From Candidatus Obscuribacteraceae bacterium (GTDB taxonomy: Bacteria > Cyanobacteriota > Vampirovibrionia > Obscuribacterales > Obscuribacteraceae): a stretch of DNA of 64,000 nucleotides. The notes below the pieces were generated by a model that saw only the letters and a list, made by a program, of their open reading frames with translations, was not told the origin of the DNA and did not search any database. The position numbers and the translations under genes were made by a program. Where the stretch lies: assembly GCA_044226015.1 (NCBI GenBank), contig JBGAHS010000003.1, forward strand, positions 320,001 to 384,000, in the 5' to 3' direction. Positions within the stretch are counted from its first letter, which is position 1. Each line of letters opens with the position of its first letter. Positions 20,784-31,111 of the stretch are shown here, piece after piece.

Positions 20784-21245
20784 CTACCTAAACGGTTGGT
20801 AAACTTTGTCCTTGACCCGCAAATCAAAATAGCCGGTTTCCAGTTCATTTTTTCCTGAACCATTTTGTCTTGAAGCACTCACCAGGCTTACAACGACAAG
20901 CTCACCAGGTTTAGCATCGCGATCGACTAGAACCCAATTATTGGAATCGGTAAAGCCGGGCGGATAGCCACACACAACATGTCCAAACTTATTGCCCTGT
21001 TTGCTTATTACGAATGCAGGCGGTTTGCTGCCTGAGACTATTTCAAGAATTTCTAAAGTAACGTCGGAGCCGCCCTGCCATGAATTCAGTCGTCCTTTGC
21101 ATTTCCAAAATTGCTTCTGCGATGAGCTTTGTTGCTCGTTCATAACTGTAACCGGTAATTGCCCAGAAGCAACCGGTGGAGTTTGCTTGGACACTTGCCC
21201 ATTGCCTACGCAGCTGAGCAAGAGCGATGCTGCAAACAGCGGCAT
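20784..21245 (-). CDS. Hypothetical lipoprotein-like protein
   Basis: LLSC lipobox-like; true start may be upstream. Confidence 0.6.
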   Translation of the reverse strand: MPLFAASLLLSCVGNGQVSKQTPPVASGQLPVTVMNEQQSSSQKQFWKCKGRLNSWQGGSDVTLEILEIVSGSKPPAFVISKQGNKFGHVVCGYPPGFTDSNNWVLVDRDAKPGELVVVSLVSASRQNGSGKNELETGYFDLRVKDKVYQPFR

Positions 21246-21505
21246 GCAGTAAGCAGCAACTTGACTAAAATAATTGCTTTTGAGAATCTGCTGTCTCCTT
21301 GCACAGAATCAGCTCACCTTAGAAAAGTGTAGCAGACAGCGCTTGTCTCGCGCTCTGCTCTTTCGACTTACTCTACGTTTTAGACAGCCTCTGACCAATT
21401 GATAGAGACTTCTATTTGTCGCTTACAAAAATAGCCCTGCATGAAGGTTCTCGGCCTCGGCTGCGGAACAACTTTGCTCACATGCAACTTAGTATCAAAT
21501 ACAAG

Positions 21506-22627
21506 TTAAAGTGCAGAATACAAGCCGCATAGCGATTCTCTCCAACTCGGGTCCGCAAGAAGGTCAGTGCTATCGCTAAATTGATCAATGCTACCAATAA
21601 GAGGACGCGCTGCAATCTTGCGCAATGTAGAATCAGTAATCGCTGATTTTATGGCTTGAGAAAATGCGCCCTTACTAATAACCATGTAGGGTCGGCCATG
21701 AAACTGCGATGCCTTCACAGGCATCGTTTCTGTGGTGCCCAGCTGGTTGTGGAGTTTAGCAACGTACTCATACGCAAGCACGAGATATTGTTCGCGAGTT
21801 TCCCAACCCTGCGCAGACAAAACCTGCGACAAAATTGGTGCAAGTTGCTTGCCTGAGTTGAGTTGCGAGAACACAGTGCCAAACCATTTTTGATATGGTG
21901 CATAACGGCGCTCCATCAAGAAGCACAAGCGCATCAAATCACGAACAAGTCTAGAAGCAATAACTGCTGACCCAATTTCATCTCCGACTGAGCCAGCACG
22001 CCCCATAAGATGCTCTTCTTGCTCGATTCGCGCCCACGCAGAGGCGAGTAAATAAAGCCAGACATCATGCGGATAATAAGCAAACTTCTTCCGCAAATCT
22101 TCCAATCCAATAGCGTCATGAAAGACCCTTCCGGCAGTGAGTGAGAGCAATTTCTGGTCTGGAAATGTAAGCCAATCTATCGCCGTAATCTCGTTACCTA
22201 TATCGAACGAAATGTACTCTTGGACGAAAGCTCGCATAGATGTAATTTCAACTCTATGCTTGACGGGTCCCTCGTTGCTATAGTCCAGCATCTGAATTCC
22301 TGCAGCATCATCAACGGCATCTGACGGAAGATAACTCGTAGGATAGCCACGAAAGCGTCGCGGCAGCTTCTCACTTAGCTTGTCGCTTATTGATGCACCA
22401 TACTTAACAAGATCCGACTCGCGCAAGAATAAGATAGCGCGCGGACCCCAATGATGATCTGTCGACATGACATTGTCCAAACCGAGCACTTCAGAACCGC
22501 TACCAATCAGCGCAGCCGCGAATGAAAGATCTGGAAAGTCACTCTGAATCACTGGCGCAACTGCTTCGCAATAAAATGACTCGCTCAAATCAAGCCCTGA
22601 AATGAAGGGCGGGCTAGGAACTTCCAT
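21506..22627 (-). CDS. DUF4037 domain protein (nucleotidyltransferase-like)
   Basis: GSGSEVLGLDNVMSTDHHWGPR, TAGRVFHD, YYPHDVW, YAPYQKW. Confidence 0.85.
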   Translation of the reverse strand: MEVPSPPFISGLDLSESFYCEAVAPVIQSDFPDLSFAAALIGSGSEVLGLDNVMSTDHHWGPRAILFLRESDLVKYGASISDKLSEKLPRRFRGYPTSYLPSDAVDDAAGIQMLDYSNEGPVKHRVEITSMRAFVQEYISFDIGNEITAIDWLTFPDQKLLSLTAGRVFHDAIGLEDLRKKFAYYPHDVWLYLLASAWARIEQEEHLMGRAGSVGDEIGSAVIASRLVRDLMRLCFLMERRYAPYQKWFGTVFSQLNSGKQLAPILSQVLSAQGWETREQYLVLAYEYVAKLHNQLGTTETMPVKASQFHGRPYMVISKGAFSQAIKSAITDSTLRKIAARPLIGSIDQFSDSTDLLADPSWRESLCGLYSAL

Positions 22628-22734
22628 ACTTTACACTCCCGGCTTGTGATGCACGAATTGTTCCCACGCCAAAGCATGAGCAATTGACACATCGTGATGC
22701 ATTAAAACGAAATTGTCGCAGACCAGAAAGCGAC

Positions 22735-24342
22735 CTATTCCCACTCAATTGTTGCTGGAGGCTTCGAGGTTACATCGAGAGTTACTCGATTTACTCCAGA
22801 AACCTCATTTACGATGCGACGAGAAATCGAATCGATAAGGTCATACGGAAGTCGCGCCCAATCAGCAGTCATGCCATCTTCGCTCGTGACCGCACGAATG
22901 ACAATTGTGTCTTCGTAGGTTCGCTGATCACCCATCACACCAACAGATTTTGTCGGCAGCAACACTGCAAACGCTTGCCAAATCTGCTTGTACAAGCCAT
23001 GCGCCTTAATTTCTTCGCGCACTATCCAATCGGCATCTCTCAGCGTATCCAATCTCTGCGGAGTTACTTCGCCGAGAATTCTAATAGCAAGACCTGGACC
23101 CGGGAAAGGATGTCTCTCTCTAATTCCCTCAGGAACGCCCAATTCAGCCGCTAACTTGCGCACTTCATCTTTGAACAGCTTCGCGAACGGCTCAACTAAC
23201 TTGAATTGAAGATCTTTAGGTAAGCCGCCTACATTGTGGTGCGATTTGATTTTCACGGCAACGCGTTCACCAGTTTTCGGGTCAACCGTTGAGCCGGCCG
23301 ACTCGATAACATCAGGATAGAGCGTGCCCTGCGCTAAGAATTGGAAAGGTCCGATGCGCTTAGACTCAGCTTCGAACACGCGAATGAATTCAGTTCCAAT
23401 AACCTTGCGCTTCTCTTCGGGGTCAATTACCCCCTCCATCTTGTTCATGAATTGTTCTTTCGCATTTACGTAATCAACGTTGATGTGAAAGTCATTCGTG
23501 AATTTGTCAACGAGCCATTCAGGCTCGTTTTTGCGCATAAAGCCCTGGTCAATAAACATACATGTGAGCTGATCACCAATTGCTTTATGCAATAAGAAAG
23601 CTAATGTCGAGCTATCGACACCGCCGGAGAGTGCCAGCAGAATGCGCTCTTTGCCAACGCGTTCTCTGACTTCAGCAATCGCTTCATCAATGAATTTTGA
23701 AATCGTCCAACTGCGTGAGCATCCACACACATCAACCACAAAGTTGCGAATGATGTCTTGCCCGCCGCGTGTGTGCACCACTTCAGGGTGGAACTGTACT
23801 CCATAGAAGCCGCGTTCTTCATCAGCAATCGCCGCTGTTGGCGTACTCTTTGTGCAAGCTGTTGTTCTGAAACCAGGAGGCAAACCCACTACGCTATCGC
23901 CGTGACTCATCCAACTGTCCATGCTGGGGTCGAGTCCACGGAAGAGAAGCCCGTGATTGATTACAGTCAACATCGCACGACCGAACTCGCGCACTTTTGC
24001 TGGCTCAACCTGCCCGCCTAGTTCCTGAGCCATCAATTGCATGCCATAACAAACGCCAAATATTGGAATGCCCAGCTTCCATATTTCAGGGTCGCAGACG
24101 GGCGCACCCTTGTCGTAAACACTGTTTGGACCGCCACTGAGGATGATTCCCTTTGGATTTAAGCGCTTCAATTCTTGAGCGGAAATGCTGAAATGAATGA
24201 GTTCCGAAAACACATTGGTTTCGCGCACACGCCGAGCAATCAATTGCGAATACTGCGAACCGAAATCAAGAATTGCGATGCTGTCGCTCAGCGCGTTATC
24301 TTTCATGGCTGTGCTGAGACGAGAAGTCTGAGTGGAAGTCAC
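22735..24342 (-). CDS. guaA: GMP synthase (glutamine-hydrolysing)
   Basis: [50 protein letters not shown] at 24342 with GAGGT RBS (track extension to 24555 unlikely). Confidence 0.98.
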   Translation of the reverse strand: MTSTQTSRLSTAMKDNALSDSIAILDFGSQYSQLIARRVRETNVFSELIHFSISAQELKRLNPKGIILSGGPNSVYDKGAPVCDPEIWKLGIPIFGVCYGMQLMAQELGGQVEPAKVREFGRAMLTVINHGLLFRGLDPSMDSWMSHGDSVVGLPPGFRTTACTKSTPTAAIADEERGFYGVQFHPEVVHTRGGQDIIRNFVVDVCGCSRSWTISKFIDEAIAEVRERVGKERILLALSGGVDSSTLAFLLHKAIGDQLTCMFIDQGFMRKNEPEWLVDKFTNDFHINVDYVNAKEQFMNKMEGVIDPEEKRKVIGTEFIRVFEAESKRIGPFQFLAQGTLYPDVIESAGSTVDPKTGERVAVKIKSHHNVGGLPKDLQFKLVEPFAKLFKDEVRKLAAELGVPEGIRERHPFPGPGLAIRILGEVTPQRLDTLRDADWIVREEIKAHGLYKQIWQAFAVLLPTKSVGVMGDQRTYEDTIVIRAVTSEDGMTADWARLPYDLIDSISRRIVNEVSGVNRVTLDVTSKPPATIEWE

Positions 24343-24624
24343 TGCGGCTACCTCTATTAACTGATGGCTTGATTTTACAGGAATGCGGAAGCTAGCTGGA
24401 CTCTCGTAAACTAAGTCGCAAACATTAAATGTGCATTTCACATTTTTGGCGGATCGGCAAAATACACTAATTCGTGTAAGCGAAAGCAGGGTTAAATCAG
24501 GGATTTCTGCGAATTTAATCAAATCTTGCATAATTATGCAGATCAAGTAACGCAATTATCACGACTATATACATATACTCATGTTTCGAGGCTTGCTAAG
24601 GTCTCTGTGGGGAGAGTGGCTAAT

Positions 24625-25203
24625 ATGGACGAAGTACATATAAACTTGAAACTTGGAGAACTCCTCGTCACAGCAGGGCTAATCAGCCGCTCTGACGTAG
24701 AAGCGCACCTCCGCCTGGCCAAGTTTATGGGCTTGCCTCTGGGCAACCTCCTGGTACGCGAGAAGAAGCTGTCCCGCGACCTCTTGAAAGTTTCAGTAAG
24801 ACTTCAATCACTCATCAGTGACCGCATGATTTCGCTCGAACTCGCTTGCAGAGCTATGCGCGACATCGTAGCTGAGAAAACAACAGCTGAGGAGATTTTG
24901 GAATCTCTCGATTCGTACTCCGAAAGCGTTAGAACCGGTAGACTGGGCGAGCTGCTCATCGACGCAGGTTTGCTTTCCGAGGTTGCTCTTGGCAGAGCGC
25001 TGGTTTGCAGCGCAGAATCAAGCAAGCCACTCGGACAGACACTTATTCAGCAAGGAACCTTGTCTCCAGAAGTAGTAGGCGCAGCACTCTTCGCCCAAGG
25101 CAATGTCCGCGCTCATATGATTGATTACAAATCAGCTGTGTCGCAGCTCAAAGAAGTTCAAATCAGCGGCGCGAACATGATGCCGATGATGCAGGCTTGT
25201 TAA
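24625..25203 (+). CDS. Stand-alone tandem MshEN-like (c-di-GMP-binding motif) protein
   Basis: KLGELLVTAGLIS..PLGNLLV and RLGELLIDAGLLS..PLGQTLIQQGTLS..ALFAQ. Confidence 0.7.
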   Translation: MDEVHINLKLGELLVTAGLISRSDVEAHLRLAKFMGLPLGNLLVREKKLSRDLLKVSVRLQSLISDRMISLELACRAMRDIVAEKTTAEEILESLDSYSESVRTGRLGELLIDAGLLSEVALGRALVCSAESSKPLGQTLIQQGTLSPEVVGAALFAQGNVRAHMIDYKSAVSQLKEVQISGANMMPMMQAC

Positions 25204-25412
25204 GTCAATAATTCATTGCATTAAGAAACGATGAGAGGCATTTCGCTGAGATTGCCGACGTATCCAGCTGACAAGATTAAACCGACGGTCGATTAATCTC
25301 GATCGATGCTTAGTTTCATTTCTGCCGCGGAATATGGCAGATAACGTGCTTTTTGCACTAGCAGACCAAAACTAAACTTTGTGACCCTGGGTTATAAATT
25401 GAGGGGTAATTT

Positions 25413-27404
25413 ATGCCGCGCGATATTCCTGTTGGAAACGGAAAAGTTCTGATCAATTTTGATAAAGAGTACTGCATGAGGGATGTTTACTATCCTCATG
25501 TGGGGCAAGAGAATCAAACCGTTGGACACCACTCCAGATTTGGTGTTTGGGTAGACGGACAGTTCTCGTGGGTAGGCTCAGAGTGGTCGATCGACCGCCG
25601 CTATTTGAAAGAAACGCTGGTTACAGATGTCATCTTGAAAAATGACAAACTCGGATTAGAGCTGCGCTGCCATGACGTGGTTGATTACATCAACGACCTT
25701 TACTTGAAAGAAGTCACTGTCAAAGACTTGAAAGGGCAGCAGAGAGAGGTGCGCCTCTTCTTCCACCACAACTTCTACATTTCGGAAAACGAAGTTGGCG
25801 ACACCGCGTTTTACGACCCTCGCACAGAGTCGGTAATTCACTATAAGAAGAATCGCTGGTTTCTCTGCAATACTTCAGGCAAGAAAATTGGCGTGGAACA
25901 ATGGGCTACTGGCAAGAAAGGCGTTGGTGGCGCAGAAGGAACATGGCGCGACTCGGAAGATGGAGAACTGGGCTGCAACGGCATTGCGCAGGGCTCTGTA
26001 GACTCGACAATTCGCACTTCAGTTGACGTGCCAGCACGCGGTGAAGCGAAAGCGCATTATTGGATTGCGTTTGGTGAAAAATATGAAGACGTTGCCGCGC
26101 TGGACAAGATCGTGCGCCAGCATACTCCGGCATATTTCGTGCCAAGAAACCAAAACTACTGGCGCCTCTGGGTCAACCCAGAGCACATCGACTTTCAAAA
26201 CTTGCCACCAAAGGTGGTGGATCTCTTCAAACGAAGCTTGCTGGTTATTCGCTCTCAGGTAGACTCAGGTGGCGCGATCATTGCAGCTAACGACCACGAC
26301 ATTGCACAGTTTGCGCGAGATACCTATTCGTACATGTGGCCGCGTGACGGAGCACTGGTTGCCGCCGCGCTGACCCGCGCAGGATATCGTGATATTTCAC
26401 AGAGATTCTACGAGTTCTGCCGCGATGTCATCAAAGACGAAGGCTATCTCCTGCACAAGTACAATCCAGACAAAACGCTCGCTTCCAGCTGGCACCCGTG
26501 GATTCGAGATGGCAAGCCAGACCTTCCAATTCAAGAAGATGAAACTGCTCTGGTAATCTGGAGTTTGTGGCAACACTTCCGCCGCCACCGCGATGTTGAA
26601 TTCGTGCGCTCGCTTTTTGAGCCACTGATTACGCGCGCAGCTGATTTCATGGTGCGCTTCCGCGACCCAGATACGAAGTTACCGCACCCATCACACGACC
26701 TCTGGGAAGAGCGCTACGGCGTGCATCTCTTCACAGTTGCTAGCGTCATAGGAGGACTGCAAGCCGCTGCGCATTTCGCCCAGGCTTTTGGCGAAATGGA
26801 GCACCACAACAAATATCTGCAAGCAGCAAAAGAAATTCAAGAAGCGATGATACAACACATGTGGAGCGAAGAGCACGGCAGATTCTGCCGTATGGCGACG
26901 CGCACCGCAGACGGCTATCAGCTCGACATGACAATTGACGCGGCAATGTATGCGCTGTTCGCCTTCGGAGCACTGCCTGCTTCTGACCCGAAAGTCAAAG
27001 CTACCATGGCTGCCATCAAAGACCGCTTGTGGATCAAGACCGATGTAGGTGGACTCGCTCGCTACGAAAACGACTACTATCACCAGATTTCACAAGATGT
27101 CGAAAACGTTCCGGGCAATCCGTGGTTCATCTGCTCAATGTGGCTTGCCCAATACGACATAGCTGGTGCGCATAGCTCTGAATCACTTCGAGATGCTATC
27201 AGCATCCTTGAATGGGTTGCAGATCACGCGCTGCCGTCAGGCGTACTGGCTGAGCAGGTGCATCCATACACCAACGAGCCGCTCTCGGTTTCGCCACTGA
27301 CATGGAGCCACGCCACGCTTGTGATGGTGGTTCTCGATTACATCGACAAACGCCGCCAACTCATGGCGGAGGCTGTGTTCGCCCACACCATATCACCGGT
27401 TTAA
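25413..27404 (+). CDS. Glycoside hydrolase family 15 (glucoamylase-like)
   Basis: YSYMWPRDG, QEDET, DLWEER, GVLAEQV, PLTWSHA. Confidence 0.93.
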   Translation: MPRDIPVGNGKVLINFDKEYCMRDVYYPHVGQENQTVGHHSRFGVWVDGQFSWVGSEWSIDRRYLKETLVTDVILKNDKLGLELRCHDVVDYINDLYLKEVTVKDLKGQQREVRLFFHHNFYISENEVGDTAFYDPRTESVIHYKKNRWFLCNTSGKKIGVEQWATGKKGVGGAEGTWRDSEDGELGCNGIAQGSVDSTIRTSVDVPARGEAKAHYWIAFGEKYEDVAALDKIVRQHTPAYFVPRNQNYWRLWVNPEHIDFQNLPPKVVDLFKRSLLVIRSQVDSGGAIIAANDHDIAQFARDTYSYMWPRDGALVAAALTRAGYRDISQRFYEFCRDVIKDEGYLLHKYNPDKTLASSWHPWIRDGKPDLPIQEDETALVIWSLWQHFRRHRDVEFVRSLFEPLITRAADFMVRFRDPDTKLPHPSHDLWEERYGVHLFTVASVIGGLQAAAHFAQAFGEMEHHNKYLQAAKEIQEAMIQHMWSEEHGRFCRMATRTADGYQLDMTIDAAMYALFAFGALPASDPKVKATMAAIKDRLWIKTDVGGLARYENDYYHQISQDVENVPGNPWFICSMWLAQYDIAGAHSSESLRDAISILEWVADHALPSGVLAEQVHPYTNEPLSVSPLTWSHATLVMVVLDYIDKRRQLMAEAVFAHTISPV

Positions 27405-27413
27405 GTTTCGGCA

Positions 27414-27495
27414 AAAGTCCCTACACAGCGCATTGCGCTGCAGGGGCTTTCTGATTAACCACAAACGCCAGTGCAATTAATTGCGCTGGCGTTTT
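27414..27495. terminator. Two adjacent hairpins between convergent GH15 and SDR genes (probably bidirectional)
   Basis: AAAGTCCCT..CAGCGC/GCGCTG..AGGGGCTTT and AAACGCCAGTGCAA-TTAA-TTGCGCTGGCGTTT. Confidence 0.7.
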
Positions 27496-27573
27496 GCTTG
27501 TGATTTGTGCTTGTGATTCGTGCTTGCGATTTGCGTGCTTGCGATTTGCACTTGCTGTTTGTGCTTGTGATTT
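27496..27573. repeat. Non-coding ~13-bp tandem repeat (~6 imperfect copies, GCTTGYGATTTGT)
   Basis: Visible directly. Confidence 0.8.
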
Positions 27574-27582
27574 ATGAACTAA

Positions 27583-28308
27583 CTACCAGCTAATAGCACC
27601 ATCGTCATTGAAGTAACCACCGGTCGGTCCATCTTCATCTAGCGTAGCCATTTTCACAACAATTGCCGCACCCTGCTCTACCGTGCGATGTCCTTTGTTC
27701 TCGTTGATGTCAGTCGCAACGTAACCAGGGCAAATTGAATTAACTTTGATCTTCTTTGCCGCCAAACATTTCGAAGCGGTTATAGTAAGCATATTCAATG
27801 CGGCTTTGGAGCAGTTGTAGCTCAAATATGTGTACTCAGCGAAAGGAGACGAGAGGTCACTTGCATGCGCTAGTGAGCCGAGCGTACTTGAGACATTCAC
27901 CACCCGTGGTGCGCTTGATTTTTCCAGCAGCGCAGTCGCTGCCTTCAGCAATCTCAACGGACCGTAAAAATTCGTCTCCATTGTTTTCTGTACATTTTCA
28001 ACACTGGCTGATTCAAGGTCTGTTCCGCGGTCAACCAAAATACCTGCATTATTGACCAGAACGTCAAGATGAGCATGCTGCTTGCCGATAGTGGCGATCG
28101 CATTGTCTACCGACGACTGCTCAGTGACGTCGAGCTGAATGGCTTCAGCATCAACGCCATCTTTTTTCAATTCCTCAACAGCTTCATTACCGCGCTTTAG
28201 ATCACGCGACCCAACATAGACCTTAAATCCAATTTTTCCGAGTTGGCGTGCTGCTTCTTTCCCAATTCCTTTGTTAGCGCCGCTGATTAGAGCGATCCTT
28301 TTACTCAT
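27583..28308 (-). CDS. SDR family oxidoreductase (carbonyl-reductase-like)
   Basis: SGANKGIG, LVNNAGI, NVSS, YNCSK; ATG 28308 with GGGAG RBS. Confidence 0.95.
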   Translation of the reverse strand: MSKRIALISGANKGIGKEAARQLGKIGFKVYVGSRDLKRGNEAVEELKKDGVDAEAIQLDVTEQSSVDNAIATIGKQHAHLDVLVNNAGILVDRGTDLESASVENVQKTMETNFYGPLRLLKAATALLEKSSAPRVVNVSSTLGSLAHASDLSSPFAEYTYLSYNCSKAALNMLTITASKCLAAKKIKVNSICPGYVATDINENKGHRTVEQGAAIVVKMATLDEDGPTGGYFNDDGAISW

Positions 28309-28696
28309 TGATTTCTCCCGCCTGAGGCTATTCGCGTGGCTCAAGCATACACAATGTATTTGGGTGAAACGTCAGAAAAAGCTTGCTCTTGATCGTAAGT
28401 TTACACTTCACGAAACGAGTAATTAGACAAAACAGCAATACTCAATTCCTTGCCCATATAAACGAGTTCAATTATTCAGATTGCTTTTGCTCTAGCAAAA
28501 GCCCAGCTATGTAACTCAGCGGTTCCATTCACGCTGACTGGCGCAGCTGTACATAACTTTCCAATACGCTGCAATGACCAATGCGTATACTGCAGTGGCA
28601 AGGACTACCTGACCATATTCGACTGTTATCAATAATTTTTCCATTTTATAGTTCTCACTTGGGGTTAACGTGCCGTATCAGACGACAAAAATTCTA

Positions 28697-29182
28697 TTAC
28701 GCAGACTTTCTTGAGCTTTTCCGTCTTTGCTTTCGGGAGAATATCACCGGGCATGGTGCCTCAGCGACCACTCGTGAAAGCATTCCACCTTCAACAAAAC
28801 GTCCAAAGATTGAAGCTTCGGGCAATCCAACGATGACTACATCAGCATTCCAGCTTTGTGCTTCTCGAATAAGAACTTCATCGATGTGACCCAAAAGAAT
28901 GCGTGATTCAATCTGCATAGCATCGCCAATTGCATTCAAGCATTCCTTTTCAGTGCATGAAGATTGTGTTTGCGCTTCCAGCTGTCGTTCAGCAAGTAGC
29001 TGTCTCGACCTGGTGGCACCAGACAGCGAAAGCCAGAGATCTGTAATGTCAGATGGCTCAACAATGTGCAGCAACCTGAACTCTGTTTGCGGCGTCCAGG
29101 AGTGCTTTTCTAAATAGCTAATTGTACTTTCGAAATTTACGCTGCTGCTTGCAGCAATCAGTATTTTCATATTGGTCTCCAA
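28697..29182 (-). CDS. Universal stress protein (USP)
   Basis: MKILIA, LLHIVE, ADVVIVG, RVVAEAPCPV. Confidence 0.85.
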   Translation of the reverse strand: METNMKILIAASSSVNFESTISYLEKHSWTPQTEFRLLHIVEPSDITDLWLSLSGATRSRQLLAERQLEAQTQSSCTEKECLNAIGDAMQIESRILLGHIDEVLIREAQSWNADVVIVGLPEASIFGRFVEGGMLSRVVAEAPCPVIFSRKQRRKSSRKSA

Positions 29183-29901
29183 TCACGGACGAACACATCC
29201 GTGCTAAGGATATTTGAGCGGCACGAGCACTTCGAAATGCGCAAACTGTTAAGCGCATCTTGACCGTGTTCCATCTTGTATAAAGGCTCGTAGCTTGTAT
29301 TTAGTCCAATGGACCATTAAAGCTAGTCCGGCATATTCATCATATTTTTCATCGAGAAAGCAAGAATTACCTTCGGTATTTTGGATTCGAGCTTCTCACA
29401 AGTTCTAGACGGCATGCGGTTTCATTCTCTATCGGGATTTCAACCTCACTTCATCACGACAAAGTCATTCTTGCTGAAGTGGGCTAAGGAGAGGTTAAGG
29501 CCGATGTGGCGAGAAGACAATCCTTTGTGAATTATGTTGCGAAGAGTAAAACGCCTTCTCGCTGCTGAGCTAATTTCGCTTACCAAGCAAGCGTTTCAAC
29601 GCTCGCAAGAATGTAACTACAATTACCTAACGAAATATTGTTTACATCAGAACACTGCCGATGAGTCTGTAGACAATGTGAGTGCAAGAGATTACAGACA
29701 AGTGCCCGACAGTGCATCAGCGCTGTGTAAACAAAAACTGTTTTACAGTATTGTTTCAAAACTACTTCTGGCAGTGACTTATCTATTAACTAAGCAAGCT
29801 CAATTCCAAAATATGCAACAAGAAGCCAGCACTTGCTTTGCGGCGTGGTAGGACCGAGAAATAGTCGGCGCTGCAACACCTAGAACGCTTGGAAAAGATT
29901 C

Positions 29902-30252
29902 TCAACCAGGCACTGCGGGTACTACTATTCGAAGATCTGGCTCTTGGTGTACGAAAGTGATAACAATGAAGCCCTGGTCGCTGCCAGTGGAAGTTCGTTG
30001 CGTGTGCTTAGTAACCACAAATCCGCTGAGTGTCATCGATTCAACCAGCCCGCTTATGACGTCAGCTACGATTTCACAGTTGAGGTTCAGTGAAATGTTT
30101 GAAAACTGATGAAAATCTATAATCACACCGCCGCAGGCAGATATCAATTCTTCGATTACATGAACGCTATTCAGTCGGTCATTTCTGGTATGAGCTTCTA
30201 TCAAAAACACAATCAATCTCCGAATGCACGCCACTGCCAGTATAACGAACAA
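29902..30252 (-). CDS. Small hypothetical protein (ACT-like pattern)
   Basis: GGVIIDFHQFSN and C-terminal PDLRIVVPAVPG look conserved; start uncertain. Confidence 0.65.
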   Translation of the reverse strand: MFVILAVACIRRLIVFLIEAHTRNDRLNSVHVIEELISACGGVIIDFHQFSNISLNLNCEIVADVISGLVESMTLSGFVVTKHTQRTSTGSDQGFIVITFVHQEPDLRIVVPAVPG

Positions 30253-30391
30253 TTTTCATTGGCGTTGTCCCCTGTTCACTCGCTACCTTTTTCCAGCAGA
30301 ATTCTCTCATTATGCTATTAGATAGAACTGAACAAAAATTCTCGCTGCTGAGTTTACAATAAGGCGAAATCGACCTGCTTTTGGAGAGTCT

Positions 30392-30979
30392 ATGAACAAG
30401 ATCTTGTGGCTTGCACTATTAGTGATTCTTTCTACCGTCGCCCCTGGCTATGCTCAGTACGAAGGCAGTGTTAGCAAAACCAGCAAGCACAATGGTCCAG
30501 TTACAAAAGCAGTAAAAGTAACAGCCGGCGCCACAGTAAAGACGGGAAAAGTTGTCACCGGTGCCACAGTAAAGACGGGAAAAGTAGCAACCGGCGCTAC
30601 CATTAAAGCGGGCAAGGTTGTTACCGGCGCCACAATCAAAACAGGAAAAGTAGCAACTGGCGCTACAATCAAAGCGGGCAAGGTTGTTACCGGCGCCACA
30701 ATCAAGACAGGGAAAGTAGCAACCGGCGCTACCATTAAGACGGGCAAGGTTGTTACGGGTGCAACTATCAAGACAGGCAAGGTCGCAACCGGCGCCACCA
30801 TCAAGGCAGGAAAGGTCGTTACGGGTGCAACTATCAAGACGGGCAAAGTAGCAACCGGCGCTACTGTCAAAGCCGCTAAAGTAACTGCTGGAGTCACAGT
30901 TAAAGCATTCAAGGTATCTGCTAACGGAGTGAAGAAAGGCTTGAAGGGCACAGGTAATGTGCTAAAAAAGGTTTTCTAG
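30392..30979 (+). CDS. Secreted cationic 11-mer repeat protein
   Basis: GGAG RBS, signal peptide ending GYA, GAT(I/V)K(T/A)GKV(V/A)T repeats. Confidence 0.85.
   Translation: MNKILWLALLVILSTVAPGYAQYEGSVSKTSKHNGPVTKAVKVTAGATVKTGKVVTGATVKTGKVATGATIKAGKVVTGATIKTGKVATGATIKAGKVVTGATIKTGKVATGATIKTGKVVTGATIKTGKVATGATIKAGKVVTGATIKTGKVATGATVKAAKVTAGVTVKAFKVSANGVKKGLKGTGNVLKKVF
30527..30922 (+). repeat. 33-bp coding repeat, 10 core + 2 degenerate copies
   Basis: Protein repeat conserved while synonymous positions vary. Confidence 0.9.
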
Positions 30980-31111
30980 TACCCACTTCGCTGATGTGAG
31001 CTGCTTTATTCGCCAGAGTTTTGGTTATTTGCAAATTTTACCTTGAACAAACAAATTCGGTGATTCGTCTTACATAGCCAATGTAGAATAATTCTGCAGA
31101 GAGCGCAGGAC

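Noticed and set aside
24343..24624. Track extensions of guaA and the MshEN ORF
   Set aside because: They would overlap head-to-head; better RBS-supported starts lie at 24342 and 24625
29613..29626. GTA-N8-TAC NtcA-like site
   Set aside because: A six-base pattern is expected by chance many times in 64 kb; no clear target gene
29534..29851. 105-aa + strand ORF
   Set aside because: No RBS or motif; composition unconvincing
30454..30951. Minus-strand repeat ORF
   Set aside because: Mirror of the + strand gene, which has the RBS and signal peptide
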